Shown: piece after piece, positions 49,180 through 60,973 of the stretch | How the letters are laid out: every line of letters starts with the position of its first letter | How positions within the stretch are numbered: position 1 is the first letter of the stretch | From: Psilocybe cubensis | Taxonomy: Eukaryota | Length of the DNA: 64,000 nucleotides | Assembly (NCBI GenBank): GCA_017499595.2 | Contig: CM039003.1 | Coordinates: 2,418,001 to 2,482,000, forward strand | Direction: 5' to 3' | Position numbers and translations under genes: made by a program | The notes under the pieces: generated by a model | What the model was told of the DNA's origin: nothing | Databases searched by the model: none | The model's input: the letters and a program-made list of their open reading frames with translations, nothing else

Positions 49180-52100
49180 ATGTCGCACTACAAGTCGGTG
49201 TCGCTGAAAGAAGACCATGAACTTTCCCCGTCACCTATGATCAACTCTCAGGCTGATCTTCAGTCGGACCCGTGGAATGATGAACTGTTAAATATGGTTG
49301 GTTTAAAATTAATACCCGTACTTTATGGACGAACGAAACTGAATATATGGGCCTCAGTACCAGGATGATCCACCCTTGTCTGATAGAGCGGCGCTACATC
49401 CTGCAGCAGCAGCAAGTTTCGTAGCACGGGCCCCTTCTCAATCCCAAAGAATGGCTAGCATTCAAAAACGGAGGAAAAATAGGCTGATATGGCTTGCCAT
49501 TATAGCCGTAATTCTGGCGCTTGGAGTGGTGGGTGCCGTCGTTGGTGTGCTTGTGGGGAAAAAAGGCACTTCGAACGAGACGAAGTCAGCCGACAACACC
49601 GGTGGAAGTGGTGGAAATGGAAGTGGTGGAACGGGTGGCACTGGTTCAGGCAGTGGCACAGGATCGTCTTCTCTCCTTTCGGGAACCAGTGGTAGTAAAG
49701 TCACTATGGAAGATGGAACGACTTTTGTATACACAAATGACTTCGGTGGAGAGTGGGCAGTCGACCCCAAACAACCCTTTGCAACTGGCGGTAAAGCACA
49801 GAGTTGGAGTCCTCGAATCGGTACAGAGGAATGGAAATGGGGCACCGATTATGTTAGAGGTGTGAATCTAGGGTTAGTGCGCATAAATGCTTTTTTTCTC
49901 TTAACTCCTAACTCGTATGCGCATACAGTGGCTGGCTAGGTATATCTTCAACATGTTATTATGTTCACTTTTCGTCTGATACATGGCTCCAGTGACCGAG
50001 CCTTTTATCGTACCAGCGCTCTACGAGGCTTATATCGGCAAAACAAACATTAATGTCGTTGATGAATGGACACTCTCGCAGGCGATGGGGTCAGATATCG
50101 CCACCAAGATGGAGGAACATTATAAAACATTCATCGTCAGTGCAATATCTTCAGTATTTCATTCCACTGACATTTTTATCTACTTACAGACAGAACAAGA
50201 CTTCGCTCAGATAGCAGGTCGGTCTTTTTTTTCTATAATTGTTCTATCTTGAACTTTTCGCGAAGGTGCTGGATTAAATTGGGTTCGGATTCCTATTGGT
50301 TTCTGGGCTATTGAGACTATAAACGATGAACCATTTTTGACTGGTACTTCTTGGACTTACTTCCTTAAAGCGTGAGGTTTATCACCAAACTATATTTCGT
50401 ATTATTGCCAACTTATTCTTTTCGATTAACAGTATTCAATGGGGAAGAAAGTATGGCATCCGAATTTATCTCGACCTTCATGCGCTCCCGGGAAGTCAGA
50501 ATGGCTGGGTAGGTGTTCGTTAACTTCTTTTTGTAGGAGGTCTAATCGCTTCTGTTTTGTAGAATCATTCGGGAAAAAGTATGCCCCGTATCCTTCATTG
50601 TATATTCGCGGGCTGACAAGAGATTCCAATGTTTGTTCTTCGCTTTCGTCGTTGATCAGGTGGATCAGTCAACTTGTAAGTGCTTCTCGACGCCACATCC
50701 TCTGTTCGTTGCCACTGATATGGCGCCACTAATTACCTTGCTCTCTTCCCCTGTTCGTTTTCTATCTTTGGATCTGGAATTAAAGCATGAACGGGGTTAT
50801 GGGTATTGCCAACGCTGAGCGTACGCTCAACTATCTTCGGATTATCACAGAATTTGTCAGTCAACCTCAGTATCGGGATGTTGTCGGGATGTAAGTCGGT
50901 TCTATTTTCCTTCTCCAAAAAGAAATGCAGTCAATTTTTGTCAAATAAACGTTGTCACATCGGAATCTGTGCTAATATTGTTCTATCTTCAGAGTCGGCA
51001 TTGTCAACGAAATCCTTTGGGACACAATCGGAAAAGACGCAGTCCAGAGCTTCTACCTCAAAGCTTATGATACCATCAGAAAATCCACGTAAGTTTTCTT
51101 AATGCTGGCGTATCGGTGCTCGACGTCTCCATTATTATTCCTACATATTTACAACATTCTCCGAGTTTCGACGTCGCGAAGCTTCGATACTAAATGTAAC
51201 CACATAAATCCAAGACTGATCACTTTCGTGTTTACAGGGGGACAGGGACAGGAAATGGACCGTACATCGCCATTCATGAGGGCTTCCAAGGGGTACGGTC
51301 CATTTTCGGTTTCATGACGCGAATAAAGCACCTATGCTAACGACCTTTCTGTTGTCTAGCCAGCTATCTGGGAAGGGTACAGTATATTTTCAAAATTAGA
51401 ATATCGTTTCGAAGTTGTAACTATTTTTTAGATTTTTGACTGGCGCAGATCGGTTAGCCCTCGACCAACATCCGGTGAGTGATGGTTGTGTTTGGGGCCA
51501 TCAAGTATGCGAAGAGCTGATTGCTTTTTTCCGACCAAATGTAGTACCTGGCCTTTATGGGTGACTCCTCTCCGTATGATATTCTTCGTTTTACAATCGG
51601 TAATATCAAGCTGATTTAAACCATGTACGGCCCCATCAGGCCTGCTGTTATGGCAAGGAAACCTTGGTATGTGTTTTCGTCAAAATGTTGAGTTGCCGCC
51701 TTTACATCCAAACATGCCGATGGGGAATGATCTCAACTTTTTACTGACCTCGGCTTCTCAGCGATTGGGCGATCGCAACAAATCAATCACAAAAAGTGTT
51801 TGGAGTGACACTTGGTGGAGAATTCTCAGCTGCAATCAATAACTGTGGTCTTTGGTATGTAACTTTCTGGCTTTTCCCGGATCTGTGGGGAGGACTACTG
51901 AGTACCCCGGCACCTGACTGAATACATTCTTTACTTCTCTCCCACAGGCTAAATGGGATTGGTTCCTCTATTCCGAATTGTGATGTTTGGGACAACTGGA
52001 GTGTAAGTGCCTTGTCTTTTGATTTAGGAACCCGAACTTTACGCTCTGTTATGTGCCGGCCGTTTACAATGGGGCAATTACTTATTGATTTTTTTTTTTT

Positions 52101-52953
52101 TTTTTTGAATTTTAGGCATACACTCCTGATACCATTGCTGCCCTAAAAAATGTCGCACTGGCTAGTATGGATGCCCTTCAAAACTTTTTCTATTGGACGT
52201 GGAAAATTGGTAACTCAACAGCACTCGGCACGTCGTCGAGTCCCATGTGGCACTACCAATTGGGACTCCAACAAGGATGGATTCCAAAAGGTGCGAATAA
52301 AACAAATACTACTTATCAAAACGTTGCGTAATAATTTGAACAGACCCACGCGAGGCCATTGGGCATTGTGCTTCAGTCCTTGGTTCAAGCCAGCTGTTCG
52401 ATGGCAATTACCCTGCGACTGCTACCGGAGGAGTAAGTTTTCTACCGCATTCCCACCAGTTCTCAGCGTCTCCTTGTCCTCCACATTCAAATTCTGATCC
52501 GGACTTTTCTTTGTGTCTTCTTGTAGGCGGGCGCAGGTACCGTCGACCCCGCTCAAAGCACGTCCCATCCTTTCCCTCCGGCCACTATCTCGCCTTCTTT
52601 TTCAGGAACTCAAGTCGCTTTGTTGCCGACATACACGCCAACAGGCACTTTGAAAACACTTTTTGCACCCACGTTCACAGCCGCACCTTCTGCTGTTGTC
52701 GGCTCAGGCTGGAATAATCCTGCAGATAATGCCCCTGCATTCGTGTATGTTTTCTACCTTACCTGTGTTTTTTGCTTTTCCTTACTCCGTCGGGAAACAT
52801 TTTAGACCCATTGCCGGCTGCTCGTACCCTAAGTTAGTGTTCATCGTATTAACGTATCTGTGTCGGCTGTATGTCTGATCCTTTGCTATTTTGTTTAGCC
52901 CTTGGGATGCCGTCAGCGCAGCTTTGCCAACTACTACCTGCACTGGACCCTGA
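49180..52953 (+). CDS. Membrane-anchored glycoside hydrolase family 5 (exo-beta-1,3-glucanase-like)
   Basis: Single TM helix plus Gly/Ser linker, VRGVNLG|GWLV|TEPFI, WVRIPIGFW, LDLHALPGSQNGW|NHSG, IVNE acid/base, GEFS nucleophile, YWTWK; more than 20 exons. Confidence 0.93.
52089..52106 (+). repeat. Intronic poly-T tract (T18)
   Basis: Read directly in a GH5 intron just before the acceptor. Confidence 0.9.
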
Positions 52954-53540
52954 AACTACGCGTCGAGGACAATGTTTCTTTCGATCTGACATTGTGAATT
53001 GTAACTATCTAAGCCTACTTAATTTTTATGTTGAACCTGTCCTGATCCTTTCTATATAATGGATATTTACGTTCCAGTTGGAACGTATGTTTAGATTTAC
53101 TCCATATCATATTTACTATACTCTACATGTACTCAGAGATGGACTATTTTTCTATAGCTGTTCTCGATAGCACTGTACATACTCTTCCTGGACAACATAT
53201 TCAATGTTTACATATAGCTACTGTCGTACCTTGACTCTGTGCTTTTGGCGATTTATACGGGACATGCGTAGATTTCTGTTCTCATCAACCATTCAATGCA
53301 GTATCTTCAAAATGGTTCACCCTCATAGTCAAAAATTGACATACATGTGCAGTGTGCATCACATGGTACACCTATGATATATTGGTGATACGACCTGGAG
53401 GTTCAGTGTATGTTTTAATCAAATCACTAAACTCTATGTCTATCAAACTAAGTTCTTTGCACATTCCTTTGAAAACAGCCATCCATGAGATCGGTAAGAT
53501 TTGGTAAGGTACCTATGTTATGTGTCATTCCCCGCGGCAG

Positions 53541-56500
53541 CTAATGACGGTGAGAAGAATTCAGGGTCTTCCTTTTTGCCATGGCATAGAGGGTAGCTCT
53601 GTCGCCGCTTCCGTCAACCAAGGCCCTGAACATGCCGCTCTCTTTGCCAAGAAGAGACAACGGACTGTCGAATTCGACCTGGAAAAAAGAATTCTGCAAA
53701 TCGATTAAAATAGATTTTATGACGGTTTGAGTCGTACAATTCGGCCACTATCAAGAACCATCTGGCACTTCTGTTAGCAATAAACTTTGGATTAAAATAG
53801 GGGTGATACTCACCATTTTGTCAGCATCCATGATCGTCTGGAGTCTATGAGCCACAGTAATGACAGTCACATCTGAGGGCAACTGGTGCCGAAGCGTTGT
53901 TTGGATTACGGAATCAGTCGTGTAATCTTAGAAAATTCGGTACGTTAGCCACCACACACGACCAGCAAAATGGGGAATGCTACCAATTGCAGAAGTCGCT
54001 GAAGAGAAAGCAGATTTCTATCACTATTACGCCACAGAAATAGTTACGTTGACCTGCCTTCATCCAAAACAAGGAGTTTGCTGCCTCGGACCATTGCTCT
54101 TGCAAGGGCCAGAATTTGTTTTTGGCCCACTGATAAATTGCAGCCTGCGCTAGCGATATTACTGTCAAGTGTAAGACATGCTTCGCCGAGTTCTTCAAAA
54201 GAAAATAACCCTGCTGCCCGGAGAGCATCGTTCAGCGTCGCATCGCCATGTTGCTCGAATGGGTCCAGATTGCGGCGAAGTGTCCCTGATTGTTACTGCA
54301 TTACAAAAAAATCGGATTCCCACTGTGCGCAGCAACTTACCGCTCAGAAGCTCAGGCTGTATGTGTATCAGTGTGATGAAGATATATCACAACAGTTTAT
54401 CCAACTTACCGACTGAGGAATAATTGTAATATTCGATCTTAAAACATCAAGATTGATTTGGTTGGTAGGAACGCCGTCGTAATAGACAGTTCCTTCTGTG
54501 AAAATGCAGCGTAGGAGCGCCAGCGTTAAAGAACTCTATATTTGTTATGTATGATCGACAGAGCAAGAAACGGCGGCCTTCTGAAGCGGAACTAACCTTC
54601 CCACTACCTGTTCTACCGACTAGGGCAACTCAGCATGGAAACAGACACTCAGCGCAATTTGTTGCTCACCAATTCCAATTCTTTGACCTGATTCAATATG
54701 GAACGACAGGTCATGCAGGACCTTCGGCCCAACCTGCAGCATTCATACTTTCAATATATTCACGATCAACGGCCGCTCTAAACATTCGCACCTGTGAGTA
54801 CCGTGCCGATAGGCATTCTACTCGGAGATCGCCACTTGTTGGCCAAGAAGCTGGTGGTTTTCCGTCTTCCGTTTGCTGAGGTTCGTGCTCGATGTCAAGG
54901 AACCCCTGGATGCGTTCAAGACTAGGATTTCATTAGCGTATAGAAACAGACATGCTCCAGAATCTTACCTGTTTGCTTGAACTTCAAATTCATTGAAAGC
55001 TCTGACAAAGATTAAAATTAGAGCACACAGCTCCGCGGCCAGACTCAATGCGACACCTGTATTGGCTGCACCAATGGAGTGTCCGTATAGCAGATACGCG
55101 GCAAGAGAGGCAGTAAAAAGCTCCCCAAGAAGGTCTATTCGTACACCAATCCATTTATTAAGGCTCACGGACGCTCTTCCGACTCGAACATAGTGATTTA
55201 TTCGATTTATTGATTCATCTTTAAAGAGACCCTCCGCGCCATATGCACGAATAGAGACTGCACCTTATTAATGTCTTGCTTGTCAGGTATAATGAGAAGA
55301 CAAACCTAGGCCTGATATGGCTGCGTTGAAATGAGCTAGAAGTGGCGATCGAGCGTTACTAAAACACACAGGCAGTGAGTTATCATAATACTATACATTT
55401 TTATTGCTGAATATAGCGTACCTTTTCTCGCGTTTAACTGACATCTGGGCTTTCAGATACATGTTCCCCAAATAAAAGCCTAAAATTGCAACCCCAAATC
55501 CTGGAAAGAGGAAAAATGGTGCGAAAAGAACGATGACAACTATTTTCGTAGTCATCGAAATGGCAACTTCATTTACATCACGGAAGGTGAACGGAATAAT
55601 TCCGTCTACTGCACTGATATCCTGTGTACAACGCGCGATGATTCTTCCTGTGGGTGTCTCATCTAGCCATCTACAGGAGACAGTTAGAAGAGTAACAAAT
55701 CGAAGTTAGGAGAGATATTTACCTTAAAGTACTGGAGAGAAATGAATCAACTAAGGTCCCGTTTATAAACCTCGACGCCCTCATTGTTCCATAGACGAAA
55801 TGAATATATGCGGAGTTATAGATGGTAGTCGCCGCCAGCTGAAGGAGACAGTAGACAATGAGGTAGCTATTGACAAATTAGAACCAATACCAAACTGTTG
55901 GTAAAAGGATAACAAAGTACTTGCAATGAAGCGGGCACCTCTGATGGCGTATGAAACTCATACTGAGAACCCCAATACCCAAGGAACCACACTTGGAAAG
56001 TCGATAACCAATCTGTTAGTGCGATACCAGATATCCAAAGAACGTAAAACCAGACAGGATGATTTCCTCCTAAGCCTTTTAAGAACACTTTGATGGATTT
56101 CCATGTAACATGCCCTTCGATGATTTCTTCTTTCATAATGAGCTTTCCATCTACCACAAAATTGTTTTTATGTGACAACGAATGAACTTCTTGGTGGGAG
56201 ATGGCGATGCTTTCGTTGTCGATTTCAGCTTCTCTAGATATAAAAGAATCGTTAGTAACAATCTTTTTGATATCTTTGCTTTGAGTGTGCAGTGTGCCAT
56301 CTGAGTTCAGTGAAACAATAAAATGGGCAATAGGCGCAGTCAATGCGATGTTGTGAGTCTTCGAGATTTTCAGCAAAATAAATAGGTCTTCTGATTGAAA
56401 ACTTACTAAAAGTAAGATGGTGCGATCCTTCACTAAATCTCCTTGAAGACATTGGTTGACTATCCAAGAAGAACTTCACAGCCTCAGTTAAACGTCAATA

Positions 56501-59500
56501 CAAGCTAGTCCAAGATCACATACGTATGAACATCCAACGCTGCCAACACATCATCTAACAACAGGATTTTTGCAGGAGAGTAGATTGCGCGTGCCAATGT
56601 TACTCGCGCCTGTTTATTGCCGACAACATCAACCAAAAGGTGCCAAGCTTAATGTAATAGGCGCTTAACCTTTTGCCCACCACTAAACAAATGATCAGAT
56701 GCGTATCAATCAAGGAAGGACTCAGGGACGTACCTCAGGGTTAACCCCTTTTCGCCCACTTCAGTGGCGTCTCCAGCTTCAAACATTTGTAGATCCTTAT
56801 CCAATGCGCACTGCTGGATAACTATAACAAGAACGATGCAAAATTAACAGTCGTGAATGACCCTGTATCCATGTGAATTTGACCTTTCTTATAACGAACT
56901 TCGTCATATGCAGATCCGAATAATATATTTTCACGGATAGTTGCATTTTGGACCCAAGAGTCCTGAGCAGCGAAGGCGATTCCTCCTCCTCTAGGCAGGT
57001 TGAAACAAGAATCAGGGCTAGATGGCAAAAAATACATTTCCCCTAGCATAATGTTAGTAAGGATATCACACAATTCAAATTAGTTTGACAAACCTAACAG
57101 GGCCATCAACATGGATGTCTTTCCTGAACCACTGCCAATGGATAAGTACATAAATAAAACACAGAACACGCTTTTCCCTACGTTGGGACGACTATGAGGT
57201 TAATGGAGTTTTTCTGGAACAATAGCTTGTAGGGAATTCGAAGCTTGAAGGAACGAGTTGTCGGTGTTAAGGAACCTTCATTGGATAAGAGAGACCATGT
57301 AAAGGTCACATCGTTGAATCCGATTTCGTCCTTCAAATGATGTTTCAGTATCATTGATGGCGCTTGCGAAGAAAATGCGTCCAAAAGTTCGGTATTCTTC
57401 AAGAAGTCATTTATGCGATCCAATGACACCTTGCCTATTTGTGCATAAATATTGAGTTTGTGGAGTAGGGATGAGAGGAGTTCAAACAAAGACCTTGGGC
57501 AGCAGCTGTGATTTCAAAAGATATTTTTCTGAGTTGCGTTCTAAGGATATTAAAAACTGTGATGCTGGAGAATATTTTGGATGCTTAAGGTTCCGTAAGA
57601 TGAAATTGTTCGAAGAATGTCATAGGCAAGCTAACCATTAAGCTCCCCTTTCATAATGATGGCATATACTCCAAATGTCACCAACATGGTTATGATGGGG
57701 ATAACGTAGCTGGAGACGCATTTTTGTCAGGTGAGAGTTGGTTTTAATAAAATCGACATACGTTATGACCGAGTTAGCTGCGTCTAATAGCTATTTGATA
57801 GTCAATCAAAGTAAAGCTCAAGATGCAATGTTCATCCATACTTTCAGTCTCCAAAGAGAAGTAAGTTCATTGTCTCTGCTTTGCTTGATACGTTTAGACA
57901 TTTTCTCTTCCCATCCAAATACTTTAATCATTCGGATGACGTTTATAGCTGTTCAAAAATTAGCACTAAAATCGGCTAGACAGCTATCTCTGGCACTTAC
58001 CTTCAGCCACATCCTGAACCCTAGCGTCTGTCTATTGGGGAAATGAATGACTTGAATGACTACAAAATGGTAATAACAATAAACCTTTTCCATCAAAACT
58101 TTTTGAGTGTCTTGTATTAACTTGGCAATATAACCTGGGACGGGAAAGAGTACGATTGTAACTGCAATGCCTGCAAATGCACTGATTCATAAACATGGTA
58201 AGCGCGTCTTGTCAATATATACATCGAAGAAAACCAACCTCCATCCAAGAAGTTGATAGAGAAATACAACACTGAGGATGATTTGGAGAGGCACATAGAC
58301 AACTGAAGGCAAAATTTGACTTTAGTTACCCAAAATAAAACGCGATTTAACATTTAGGCGTACGAAGGACGATGAATTCTCGTGCCTCCACAATATTGGC
58401 CAAATCTGTTGTAACCAAGTTATTGATCTTTCCGAGGACATTTGCGCCACTTTTTTCAATCTTTTTATCCTGGAGGGACGGTGCCTGATACTTGTGATAG
58501 GTTGCTCGCCGACGGTAGAATGTAACGCTGTTCGAGGCACCGTGGTAGTGGGTTCATCCTCGCTACTAGCTTCTTCGACGGCAAGATCTTCCGAGGCCTG
58601 AGGTTCTTCCGTAGAGGTCGAGGGATCGTTTTTAACTCGTATGCGAAGGCTATGTTCGAAGACCAGTTGCGTCAGGAGACCTTCGACGCGAACGAAGGTA
58701 GTGGTGGCAACGAAAATGTAATTCTGGAACAATAGTGTCCGGAAGAATGGCCCACAGAAGATACACAAAATCCAAAACCAAGGCTTGATGCGGGCATTTT
58801 CACCTCCTGTCTCGAGATATCTGCGAGGTGTGAAAGGAGTGTGACTAGAAATCTCTTTTTGGCGACTCACTTCAATAGTCGATTTATAGCCAAAGGTAAA
58901 ATGAATTCGCAAACACCCATTAGGATGATGCACACACTTATGATCGTATACTCGAGGCCTGGTGCCGGTATATAAGCATTTCAGTTAGACACAGCTAGCA
59001 ACTGTTAGCTCACGAAGGACGCGCATAAGCCCGAAAAAAATGTGCCGTTTTTGAGCGCCATGAAACAAATCCAAATGCTACTGAAAGTTGTTAGCCAGAA
59101 TCAAGTTACTAACCGCATTCCAAACGTACCGGAAAGGCGTATTTGACAATATTTTTGGCTTCTTCGGTGTCTGGAAGAGGAGGCAGTTGGTCAAACTCCA
59201 AGTGGGATACGCGGTATCCGAGAGCGATAACAGGGTCCAAATAAGTATACACAGCACGAGAAAAGATGGAACATGTTTGTTCATCGTTCGGAATTGGCAT
59301 CGCTTTCTAGAAATAATTTCCAGTGACCGGCTCTACAATGACTCAATACGGAAAAATATGCCTTGGAGTCAACAGGTATATACCGTCGAGGGATGAAGAT
59401 TGCTGTAATGGTAAGCGTTGTGATTTTAAACCACAAAAGCATTCCTTGCGCCGAGTCCTTTGGGTGTCCTTCAAAAGTTGCTAGTGGCCATACATCTCGG

Positions 59501-60125
59501 GATGCATATACCGCAAAAGTAGCTAGGAGGGTCGCCAAATTATATCTCGTCGCTAAAACCCTCCACTTATCGACTGTTAAAGAAACGCCTGCCAATATCA
59601 AGGCGTAGAGCTGTTGGAAGACGTCAATACGCGCCAGAATGAGATCTATTCACTGATATTTCATTACTCACAGAAGTCAACATCAAACACATTTCTGGCG
59701 ACAGCGGAAGTCGTGTAATTGCACCGTGAGGATGGCTCCTATAGAGCGTATTGGCTTCCAAAACTAGCATGACAGCACACCCAAGTAGACGTGCCAAAAG
59801 ATATGTCGAAGCCGTTTTCCCGCCTAAAGCGTCGACTTTGATGCTAAGCATCTGGGAAAAGGTGGAAGGAGGTATATTCTCCCCAACGACGGGATGCCTT
59901 AAGGTTAACGAAATGATTCCATGTACCCCTTGGATGCAAGTGAAAATAAGGACTAGAAGAAAGGGAATTGACCGCGAATCGTTTAGAATGCTATAGCTTA
60001 TTGGTTAAAGAAACCTGTAGATGCGGTCCAAGGGTCGAACAGACATACAATCTATCCAAGGTTTCTGTGGTCTTTGTGACAATGAGCGTCGAATCCAGCA
60101 ACGTATGCTGGACTTCCATATCCAT
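53541..60125 (-). CDS. ABCC (MRP/Ybt1-like) full-length ABC transporter, possibly damaged
   Basis: NBD1 (V)PT|GSGKT, EVGEKGLTLS|GGQK, LLDD; NBD2 VGRTGSGK|SS, NLSVGQKQ, LDE|ATSA, VAHRL; two TMDs; more than 30 exons; frame discontinuity near 58485-58540. Confidence 0.92.
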
Positions 60126-60973
60126 AGCACGAACAGTATAGCCTGTGATCGAAAAAAGCAGGAAACCTTCGAAAATTGAGCAATCCACACCATCCAACGG
60201 CACGATATAAATCTGACTCATGCACGCCAACTTCCACACGTATACCAAAATACCAAATCGCTAAATCGCGAAACATATCCGCATCCGAGGAACCGGTCTA
60301 ACAATGGCATGTTGCTTTCGTGGTACTTGCTACCGTCATACTTCACGGTGTTCTTTTGAGAATAGTTCAGGGCCCTCGTAGCAGTTGTTGAATGAAGAAG
60401 GGGAAGTGTAATAATAATTCTGAAGTTCATTAAATAAATGTGTGGAAGATATAATTACAGTGATGAAGAGACACGTTCTGCTAAGCGAGATACTCTATCG
60501 GACATCCAATCTGACAATGAATTTACCTTTCACGATCATTCATGATGAGATGTGAACAAGTTCCGAGGTCTTGTACATCCTGAAGGGAGTGGATGCTTTG
60601 TTTCATGGATGATGGTCTCGTGTACAAGAACCTTTGTTCGACCGTTTTCTTTATTCTCTGTTGAAGAACTGGTCTATTCATGAATGTAATACGCCAATTG
60701 ATGGTCGCATAATTATGAATTTAATTTGTGCATTACCAGACGACAGATAAAATTGAATCCACCTTGTTCCCGACCTCCAACCACCCTTTGCCGTCGCGGC
60801 GGTCGACGAGCAGCTCCCATTCTCATGACTTGCTAACCACTCGACTTCCTCCTTCACTGACTATCGTTTAAAAACCTTTTGTTTCCCTGCAATTATTCGA
60901 TCTTTTTTCCTGGTTAGCAACCACGACTAAAAAACCTGCTTACGACCGCCTACACCTGGCTGGTTGCTCATAA

